Assembly (NCBI GenBank): GCA_963676835.2 | Contig: CAXXFF010000002.1 | Coordinates: forward strand, 32,001-96,000 | DNA from: Marispirochaeta sp. | Lineage (GTDB): Bacteria > Spirochaetota > Spirochaetia > JC444 > Marispirochaetaceae | Reading direction: 5' to 3' | Length of the DNA stretch: 64,000 nt | Shown here: positions 57,020 to 64,000 of the stretch, piece by piece | Layout of the letters: each line of letters opens with the position of its first letter | Position numbering within the stretch: the first letter of the stretch is position 1 | Translations under genes and position numbers: made by a program | Notes under the pieces: model-generated | What the model saw: the letters and a program-made list of their open reading frames with translations, nothing else | Databases searched by the model: none | Told to the model about the DNA's origin: nothing

Positions 57020-58121
57020 TGGATTCAACGGCAACCGACAGGGCCCTTCATGCTCCACTGCGGATATAGATAATGACGGTGACATTGATATCTTTTTCTC
57101 AGGTTACCCCGCAACCGCCCTTTACCGGAATAAAGGAAACAACACATTCGAATCCGGAGGATTCCTGGAGTTCACCAATACAGACTATTCAGCATCGGTT
57201 TTTGCAGATGTTGACTGCGACGGGGATTTTGACCTCATCCGAATGGGAAGAACAGGATCCAGTTCTACCGCCTATACTGTGGTTGAACTAAACAACGGCA
57301 GTGGTAGTTTTACCTCTGAGACTGCAGGTCTTACCGCTCTCCGCCAGGGGGATATTGCTGCCGGGGATGTTAATAATGACGGGTATCCGGATATATTAAT
57401 TCAGGGTATGGACAGTTCTGGAAACTTTATGACGTGTCTTTATCTTAATAATGGGGATCCCGACGACGATGGATGGGACTTCTTCAGCGAATCGACATTC
57501 ACCTTTATAGAACTTGCCAGAGGTTCGGTTGAATTCGGACATCTCAATGACGATGACTACCTTGATCTGTTAATCACCGGCCTTGACAGCAGCAGCACGA
57601 AACAAACCATGATCTACCTCAACGACGGTGACAGCGGAGATGACGGGTGGGACGACACCTTTTCAGAACTCCCGGGACATCCGCTCCCCGGCATGTACAA
57701 TTGCGAAAGCGCAATTGTGGATATAGACAACGACCAGGACAACGACATTATCCTGGCGGGAGATACAGGTCAGGGAGAGTGCCTGATCTTTACCAATGAC
57801 GGAAACGCCGGATTTACTGATGGTCAGACTCTAACTGGGGTATCAGCCGCCTTCCTTGTAACCGGCGATCCGGATGATGACGGCGATCCCGACCTTATTG
57901 TGGGAGGTTGGTACGGTCAGGATGGATATACAGCCCGAACCTTCTTCTATCGCAACAACGAAGGAACCTTCGAAGAAGAGGAGAATATAGAACTTACCGA
58001 TATGCAGGACGGTGCGGGCAGTTTTTTTGATTCCGACAACGACGGAGATCTGGATCTGGCCATCTGCGGCGGCAGTGGTGCAACTGCCTATGGCTTTCTT
58101 TACCTGAACGGCCGGTTCTAA
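56889..58121 (+). CDS. FG-GAP/VCBS-repeat beta-propeller lipoprotein
   Basis: Lipobox LLSC; seven DxDxDG-type repeats (ADIDNDGDID, GDVNNDGYPD, FDSDNDGDLD). Confidence 0.92.
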   Translation: MKNRLFGLAVLTAVLLALLSCESAGSGGNSSPEPGPLKFSDAGAGFNGNRQGPSCSTADIDNDGDIDIFFSGYPATALYRNKGNNTFESGGFLEFTNTDYSASVFADVDCDGDFDLIRMGRTGSSSTAYTVVELNNGSGSFTSETAGLTALRQGDIAAGDVNNDGYPDILIQGMDSSGNFMTCLYLNNGDPDDDGWDFFSESTFTFIELARGSVEFGHLNDDDYLDLLITGLDSSSTKQTMIYLNDGDSGDDGWDDTFSELPGHPLPGMYNCESAIVDIDNDQDNDIILAGDTGQGECLIFTNDGNAGFTDGQTLTGVSAAFLVTGDPDDDGDPDLIVGGWYGQDGYTARTFFYRNNEGTFEEEENIELTDMQDGAGSFFDSDNDGDLDLAICGGSGATAYGFLYLNGRF

Positions 58122-58194
58122 GCTCACAACCTTCCTCCATCGGGAAGTTAAGACCTTGCAGACCCTTCCGGGGACACCCCCGGAGGGGTTGTTT
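58097..58194 (+). repeat. 3' direct repeat copy 1 (last codons plus two hairpins/terminator); partner at 59457-59553
   Basis: 58 identical nt (58097-58154 vs 59457-59514) followed by a near-identical GACCCTTCCGGG...CCCGGAGGGGTT hairpin. Confidence 0.92.
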
Positions 58195-58230
58195 ATATCC
58201 AAATCTGAACAGAAGCCAAGTTTTTAAGAG

Positions 58231-58373
58231 AGAGGTATAAAAATGAAAAACAGACTAATTAACCTTGCAGTAATTACAGTAGTGCTGCTGGCACTCCTTT
58301 CCTGCGAGAGCGCAGGCAGCGGCGGAAGCTCTTCACCGGAACCAGGGCCCTTGACATTCAGCGATGCGGGAGC
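58231..58373 (+). repeat. 5' direct repeat copy 2
   Basis: Matches 56877-57019. Confidence 0.9.
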
Positions 58374-59481
58374 AAACCTGACAGGGGTGCGCTATAACCC
58401 CACCTGCAGCATCGCCGATGTTAACAACGACGGGCATACAGATCTACTTATTTCTGGACACTCAAGCAGCGGTGATGTGACAAAACTCTACCTCAATGAC
58501 GGCACTGGCACATTTTCCCATGCCAATGCCGGAATGGCGAATCTGCGCTACACAATGAGCGGCTTTGCCGACATGGACAATGATGGTGATATGGATTTAT
58601 GCCTGGCAGGCAACAATAGCAGCGGGAACCCCAGGGCCTACCTCTACATAAACGCCGGGGACGGTACCTTCAGCGAATCAGCTCAGACTGTTTACGGGGC
58701 TTCGGATGGATCACTTGCCTTCGCAGATGTAGACAATGATGGAAATATTGACCTGCTGGTATGCGGTAAGCATGATATTGATGGGGATGACAATATTGAA
58801 ATCAGTTCCATTCTCTATATAAACCAGGGAGATAATAATTCAGATGGCCAATGGGATGGGTACCAGCCATCCACAGAGAGCCTTACCGGGGTAAGAAACG
58901 GAACCTGCAGCTTTGCTGATATTAATAATGATGGCTACCCTGAAATTCTCATCAGTGGAAAAGCCGATGCATCACCGGACACCTTTACCGGGCTCTATAT
59001 AAACAATGGAGACCGTACTTATGCAGAATCCGGGACAGTTTTTCCCCAGCTGGGATACGGTCAAGGAACAGCTTTTGCCGATGTCAACGGCGATGGAGAC
59101 CTGGAAATACTCCTGGCCTATGAGGATAGTGAACTGAAAACCGAGGTATGGGGACTGAACCTGTCGGGGACATACGAAAAGGAATCAGATTTTGCGGAAC
59201 CCGCTTCAGGGAGAATTATTTCCGGCGACCCCGATTCTGACGGAGATATAGATATTATTATCTACGATTATAGTTCCGACGAAACAGCAGGGACCAATTT
59301 CTATATCAACGACGGATCGGGCCTTTTCAGCCGCAAGAACATGGGCCTGTCCAGCATAGAGTCATGCGGGGAGGGACACTTCTTCGATGCAGATGGAGAC
59401 AGTGATCTGGACCTCATTATCTGCGGCAAGGACAGCACCGGCAGTGGAAATACAACTCTTTACCTGAACGGCCGGTTCTAA
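58243..59481 (+). CDS. FG-GAP/VCBS-repeat beta-propeller lipoprotein (tandem paralog)
   Basis: Same LLSCESAGSGG start and LYLNGRF end; seven DxDxDG-type repeats. Confidence 0.92.
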   Translation: MKNRLINLAVITVVLLALLSCESAGSGGSSSPEPGPLTFSDAGANLTGVRYNPTCSIADVNNDGHTDLLISGHSSSGDVTKLYLNDGTGTFSHANAGMANLRYTMSGFADMDNDGDMDLCLAGNNSSGNPRAYLYINAGDGTFSESAQTVYGASDGSLAFADVDNDGNIDLLVCGKHDIDGDDNIEISSILYINQGDNNSDGQWDGYQPSTESLTGVRNGTCSFADINNDGYPEILISGKADASPDTFTGLYINNGDRTYAESGTVFPQLGYGQGTAFADVNGDGDLEILLAYEDSELKTEVWGLNLSGTYEKESDFAEPASGRIISGDPDSDGDIDIIIYDYSSDETAGTNFYINDGSGLFSRKNMGLSSIESCGEGHFFDADGDSDLDLIICGKDSTGSGNTTLYLNGRF

Positions 59482-59553
59482 GCTCACAACCTTCCTCCAT
59501 CGGGAAGTTAAGACTATTCAGACCCTTCCGGGACACCCCCGGAGGGGTTGTTT
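59457..59553 (+). repeat. 3' direct repeat copy 2, including a probable terminator
   Basis: Matches 58097-58194; hairpin followed by TGTTTTT. Confidence 0.92.
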
Positions 59554-59610
59554 TTCTCTTCTCGTTCCCTTCTTTCTCCTCTTTTTATCCTTTTTATTCT
59601 TTAGTTCCCT

Positions 59611-62535
59611 TTATTCTCCCTGTTCCCCATCCTTTCCAGCTTCAGCTTTCCCCCCGATACGTCCGTACATCCAGTTCATACCCAAAAGCACTGCACCTGC
59701 CAGAATAAATACCACCGCCCGTTCCAGGGTATCCGATCTGGCCATATCGAGAATAATCAGACGCCCCAGGCTGAAAAGGATAAGCAGAAAGGAGCTCAGG
59801 CGGAAGCTGTTCTCCCGCAGAATCATACTCATGGTAAAGAGGGCAAAGCTCTCGAGGATAAGCAGAGAGGTAAGCACAGGACCGGAAAAACTGAGAAAGA
59901 GGAAGAATCCTATACCGATAAAATAGGGATAGAGCAGCGCCGCAGAACGCCTCTCTGTAAGAAGAAGAGCAAGCTTGCCGGAATACTCATCCCCGGCAAC
60001 CTTCAACCCGTAGACCCCGCCCAGGTAGGCCAGTCCCAGAAAGACTGACCCCAGGGCGGTCCACCAGGATAGATCAAAAACCTCAACCCGGAATGATCCG
60101 GACTCCAGCCCGGAAAAGGGGAGAAAGAAAAGCCCGATCCAGAAAAAGATGAGGGAGAATGAGTAGTAGCTCCGCATATACCGGGGACCGAAACGGCCGG
60201 AGAGAAGCAGAATTATAGCTGCCGCAACACAGATAAGCCCGGTCCAGACCAGACCTGCCTCAAGCCCGACAAAGCCTGCCCCCGCAAGGGCTGCCAGAAA
60301 AAGCACCCAGTTTCTGCTGCCCGAAGCCTCCGTTCCCCGCTTTCGCCCCCAGACGAGCATGGAGGCAAGCACCAGCACATCCTGAACAATACGCTGCCAG
60401 CCGTGAATCTTCTGATTCAGAAGCGGCTCGGAGCCCATTAAGGCAAACAGAGCTGCCACCAGGGAGACCCCGGTGCCGCAGATAACAAAACTCCGGGCAA
60501 TGTCCGACCGTAAACGGGGAATATAGGTTGCGACATAGAGCAGTATGGAAACAACAGCCCACAGGCTTACTGCAAGCCAGACCTCATGCTTGCCGGCAAA
60601 ACTCAGAATGAGAGTACAGGTATTCAATACCCCGAAAAAAACAACAGGAAGAGCCCGTACCTGCCTGCGGATAAGGGGCAGGCTGAGAACAAGCACCTGA
60701 ACAAGCAGCATGAGAGTCAGCAGGTTGAGACTGAAGTCCCCGGGGAAAATGGCCTGAAGAGGAAGAGTAACCAGATAGGTGATTCCGTGAAGCAGAATAA
60801 CCAGCCCCAGGAGGAGCCTGGAAAGGAGCTTTTCGCGGTTGAGAAAAGAAACTAAAGCCGCTCCCGCGGTAAGGGGAAGGACCATACCGCCGCCCAGGGA
60901 AAACCACTCGGGAAAATCAAAGAAAGCACCGGTAAGGATATAAAGGGAAACCATTCCCAGTGCGGCTGCCGCCATGAGACTTCTGGATGCAATATCCGCC
61001 TTTTTATAGAAAAACTGCAGCAGCACCAGGGTTCCGCCGCCCATGGCATACAGAAAAATAAGCCGGTGAACAGCCTGGATAGTACCGGCATCATCCCCAT
61101 AGGAGATAGACCCCGCCTCTATAATGGTTAGAACCAGAACTGCAAGAGAGGCCGCTGCGGCAGCTATGGAGAAAACAATCCGCAGCACCTTCTCCCGGCG
61201 GACATCAAAGGCAGCTAAAAGCGCTACCAACCCGGCAATTTCCACCGCCGCATAGAGATCGAGATTGAATTTGCTGAATCCGAACACCGCAGCCACCGCC
61301 AGGGCAAGCCCGGCTATTGAATCAAGCCTGCGTATAGCCTCCGGGAGACGCCGGGTAAAACGGCCGGAAAGGTAGGCCCCAGCTCCCAGCAGAAGAAACA
61401 GAAAGGAGATCCATTTGTATTCCGCTCCCAGGGCGGTTGTTCCCGCACCAAGATAGAGCCAGGCGGCAATACGGGCGGCATTGGCAAAACGGTCGTGCTT
61501 ATAACCCCGTACATAGGGAGCTGCCATTCCGGGAAGCAGCCCTCCCGCAAGTGCCCCGAACAGGGGCAGGTCGATGCCGGTAAAGGAGAAAAGAGCATTT
61601 GGATCGCCATGAGAGACCCAGAGGACGGTGAAGACAAAAAATCCACCCTGGGCCAGAAACTGATGAAGCCCCCAGGGACGCCGCAGAAGAGGGACGGAGC
61701 TGAAAGCAGTAACCACCGCAGCGGCGGTGAGGGATGCAGCAGAAGGAGGAGCGGATGCCAGAGCTGCAAGGCTGATCAGCACATGAAAGGAAGAAAAGAG
61801 CTGGGCATGTACCCGCAGGGCAAAAAAGAGGTTGGCCCCGATACCCAGAAAAAGCAGGGCGTATCCCTGGGGTGCGGACTGTACCCACTTCAGCCAGGGA
61901 ATGGATGATGCTCCCAGAGAGGCAAAGAGAAACAGGGCCCCCGCAGCAGACTGAAACCAGCCGGAGGCGTCAAGCAGCCCTTTTTTTCTGTTCAGGTAGA
62001 TACTAACAAACCAGAAGAGCAGGGAAATTACCATGAGCATGAGAAAGCGGGCAACCTGCCCCATCTTCAAGGCGGTTAATACTGCCAGAAAACTGAAGCC
62101 GATAACCAGGGCAAACACGCCGAGAATACCCGTCCAGCGGTCGGAAAAACGGTCTTCCAGATTCTTTAGCAGCCGTGGGATCTTCCCCGGACCGGTGCTT
62201 TCAGCAGGTTTCCTGCTTTCTTTACCCTGAGAACCGGCTTCGTCTGCCCGGGAAGCTGCAGATGTTGATGAAGGTTGTACCGAAGAAAGGGCAGCAGAAT
62301 TATCCGGGATATCCTCCTGCTTCTCTACAGATTCTGCAGATTCTGCAGCAGAAAAATCACTGTTTTTCCATTTTTTTTCTACCGTCTCAAGGTCTTCAAT
62401 CCGGCCATGGAGCCGGTGAACCAGAGTCTGGAGATCCTTGACCTTTCTGCTTAAGCCTATGGTGCGGAAGCCCAGTATACTTCCTGTAAGAAAGATGAGT
62501 ATTATACCGCCGAAAAAAACTATCTCAAAATCCAT
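59611..62535 (-). CDS. DUF2339-like large polytopic membrane protein
   Basis: N-terminal TM, coiled coil and linker, LEDRFSDRWTGILG, more than 20 TMs, C-terminal GRLIILDM...RAVVFILAGAVLL. Start moved to ATG 62535. Confidence 0.8.
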   Translation of the reverse strand: MDFEIVFFGGIILIFLTGSILGFRTIGLSRKVKDLQTLVHRLHGRIEDLETVEKKWKNSDFSAAESAESVEKQEDIPDNSAALSSVQPSSTSAASRADEAGSQGKESRKPAESTGPGKIPRLLKNLEDRFSDRWTGILGVFALVIGFSFLAVLTALKMGQVARFLMLMVISLLFWFVSIYLNRKKGLLDASGWFQSAAGALFLFASLGASSIPWLKWVQSAPQGYALLFLGIGANLFFALRVHAQLFSSFHVLISLAALASAPPSAASLTAAAVVTAFSSVPLLRRPWGLHQFLAQGGFFVFTVLWVSHGDPNALFSFTGIDLPLFGALAGGLLPGMAAPYVRGYKHDRFANAARIAAWLYLGAGTTALGAEYKWISFLFLLLGAGAYLSGRFTRRLPEAIRRLDSIAGLALAVAAVFGFSKFNLDLYAAVEIAGLVALLAAFDVRREKVLRIVFSIAAAAASLAVLVLTIIEAGSISYGDDAGTIQAVHRLIFLYAMGGGTLVLLQFFYKKADIASRSLMAAAALGMVSLYILTGAFFDFPEWFSLGGGMVLPLTAGAALVSFLNREKLLSRLLLGLVILLHGITYLVTLPLQAIFPGDFSLNLLTLMLLVQVLVLSLPLIRRQVRALPVVFFGVLNTCTLILSFAGKHEVWLAVSLWAVVSILLYVATYIPRLRSDIARSFVICGTGVSLVAALFALMGSEPLLNQKIHGWQRIVQDVLVLASMLVWGRKRGTEASGSRNWVLFLAALAGAGFVGLEAGLVWTGLICVAAAIILLLSGRFGPRYMRSYYSFSLIFFWIGLFFLPFSGLESGSFRVEVFDLSWWTALGSVFLGLAYLGGVYGLKVAGDEYSGKLALLLTERRSAALLYPYFIGIGFFLFLSFSGPVLTSLLILESFALFTMSMILRENSFRLSSFLLILFSLGRLIILDMARSDTLERAVVFILAGAVLLGMNWMYGRIGGKAEAGKDGEQGE

Positions 62536-62655
62536 ATTTTCTCTTCCTGTTCCGCTAGTGTATAGCCCGGGAGAAAATCTGTCGAGGGCGGAAAAAGCGT
62601 GGTATGTGATATAATGGTTGGGGTAATGAAAGATGTAATGAAAACAGGTGAGAGG

Positions 62656-63171
62656 ATGAAGATTCGAATCAGCTACATGCAAACCCCTGCGGGGGAACTC
62701 ATACTCGGCTCCACCGATTCCGCTCTCTGCCTCTGCGACTGGCGCTACCGTAAAATGCGCACTGCCATAGACCAGCGCATACAGAAACATCTCAAGGGAG
62801 TCTTTGAGGAGGGATCTTCAGATATTATTACGGAAGCTGAAAGGCAGCTGGGGGAATATTTCTCCGGAGACAGGAAAATCTTCGATCTGCCCCTGATATT
62901 TGCCGGTACGGATTTTCAGAAACGGGTATGGCAGTATCTGCAGACCATACCCTACGGCGAAACACGGAGCTACCTGGACCTGGCCGAAGCCCTGGGCGAC
63001 CGCAACAGCGTGCGGGCAGCAGCCTCAGCCAACGGCGCAAACGCCCTTTCCATAATAGTACCCTGTCACCGGGTTATCGGCTCCGACGGCACCATGGTGG
63101 GCTACGCCGGTGGACTGTCTGCCAAGCGCAAACTGCTTGAGCTGGAGCAACCCCAGCTCAAGCTGCTCTGA
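62656..63171 (+). CDS. ogt: Methylated-DNA-protein-cysteine methyltransferase (start could be 62626, 62638 or 62656)
   Basis: GTDFQKRVW, IPYGETRSY, VPCHRVIG, GYAGG. Confidence 0.95.
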   Translation: MKIRISYMQTPAGELILGSTDSALCLCDWRYRKMRTAIDQRIQKHLKGVFEEGSSDIITEAERQLGEYFSGDRKIFDLPLIFAGTDFQKRVWQYLQTIPYGETRSYLDLAEALGDRNSVRAAASANGANALSIIVPCHRVIGSDGTMVGYAGGLSAKRKLLELEQPQLKLL

Positions 63172-63195
63172 ATTATAAGAAAAAAGAAAAATACA

Positions 63196-64000
63196 TCAGG
63201 ATTCCACCGCATGGCGGCGGATCTTTTTAGTCGTGGTCATCTCCATGGGTTCATCAAGGACTGTTACCCGTTCTATCTTCTGATATCCCGCCAGCCCCTG
63301 ATTCACCTCACTGACTATCTCGTCCATTCTGCTATGGACAGCTTCGGCATCGGCATTGCCCAGGGCGTCACTGCCGGGATAAATAAGCGCTTCGATACGT
63401 TCTCCCGGAACATCCGCATGCAGGGTAAACCCCCGGATTAGAATCTGTTCAACCTCGTCATAGAGCTGAAAGGCATCTTCAAGCTCTTCGGGGTACACAT
63501 TCTTTCCCCCTTCGGTAACTATCAGATTCTTGGCCCGGCCGGTTAAATAGAGGTAATTATCTGTATCCAGGTAACCCACGTCGCCGGTGCGGAAAAAGCC
63601 GTCGCTGTCCATAACCTCTGCGGTGGCCTCGGGATTGTTATAGTAGCCCTGCATGACCATTGGGCCCTTGATGGCAATCTCGCCGTTTCCGGCAGAATCG
63701 GGGTCAAGGATTTTTACTTCTGTCTGAGGAATGATTTTTCCAACACTGGTCTCTTTGTACAGCTCGGTAGGATTCAACGCCACGATGGGTGAAGTTTCGG
63801 TAAGCCCATAGCCCTGCACAAAATCAATTCCCAGCTGGTTGTACTGTTTAAATACAGAAGGAGCCAGGGGCCCTCCGCCGGATATACAGATACGGATGGA
63901 ATCCAGAGAGGCTTTTTTCAGAATTCCTCCGAAAATAAGCTTCCCGGGATTCACATGCAGGATCTTTTTTATCAGACCACTGAAAAGCATCAATCCCCGG
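63196..64000 (-). CDS. Long-chain fatty acyl-CoA ligase, C-terminal part (5' end outside the window)
   Basis: QGYGLTET, MQGYY, FRTGDVG, GRAKNLI, GKNVYPEE, TTTKKIRR. Confidence 0.92.
   Translation of the reverse strand, partial: RGLMLFSGLIKKILHVNPGKLIFGGILKKASLDSIRICISGGGPLAPSVFKQYNQLGIDFVQGYGLTETSPIVALNPTELYKETSVGKIIPQTEVKILDPDSAGNGEIAIKGPMVMQGYYNNPEATAEVMDSDGFFRTGDVGYLDTDNYLYLTGRAKNLIVTEGGKNVYPEELEDAFQLYDEVEQILIRGFTLHADVPGERIEALIYPGSDALGNADAEAVHSRMDEIVSEVNQGLAGYQKIERVTVLDEPMEMTTTKKIRRHAVES

Noticed and set aside
58122..58194. Possible integron attC site in the 3' repeat (CAAC...GTTAAGA hairpin)
   Set aside because: Too short and a poor match to RYYYAAC/GTTRRRY, and there is no integrase in the window. 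The repeat extends into coding sequence and is better explained as a homologous flank plus terminator.
59550..59640. Polypyrimidine tract between convergent genes
   Set aside because: Low-complexity sequence with no periodicity, partly the purine-rich 3' end of the DUF2339 gene.
1..64000. CRISPR arrays, tRNA/rRNA, IS elements, prophage or defence genes
   Set aside because: No spaced repeats, structural RNA signatures, or transposase, integrase or nuclease motifs were recognised by eye.

Overview
A 64 kb bacterial chromosomal segment with about 50 densely packed CDSs. I found no rRNA, tRNA, CRISPR array, transposase or integrase. Signal-peptide style, lipoboxes and the MCP type suggest a free-living Spirochaetaceae member (inference). 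Content from start to end: (1) a PP2C/RsbW-like + MBL-GGDEF-REC + HEAT-GT2 operon; (2) an MCP, a putative peptidase/propeller/barrel outer-membrane protein and CBS-PPase; (3) an Ldh_2 oxidoreductase and a sulfonate/nitrate-type ABC importer; (4) MATE and ZIP transporters; (5) sugar-acid catabolism (kduI, kduD, IclR regulator, gluconate 5-dehydrogenase-like SDR, TRAP system, Zn dehydrogenase, membrane AraC regulator with a degenerate DctP partner); (6) a DUF2202/4Fe-4S/two-component module; (7) an ABC-2 exporter, an amidohydrolase and hybrid kinases; (8) fprA, feoAAB, a DtxR-family regulator, DUF1007 and an RcnA-like transporter; (9) GH36, a DUF2339 protein, ogt and a partial acyl-CoA ligase. 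The best novelty candidate is 54.2-59.6 kb. It encodes an internally duplicated polytopic membrane protein with two OmpR-like winged helices that each carry a 4-Cys insertion, plus a stand-alone membrane partner. Both lie divergent from two FG-GAP lipoprotein genes with near-identical DNA ends and divergent middles. The second candidate is the 0-6.5 kb operon, whose central protein has three catalytically degenerate domains upstream of a HEAT-fused processive glycosyltransferase. All family assignments come from reading motifs by eye; no database search was run.
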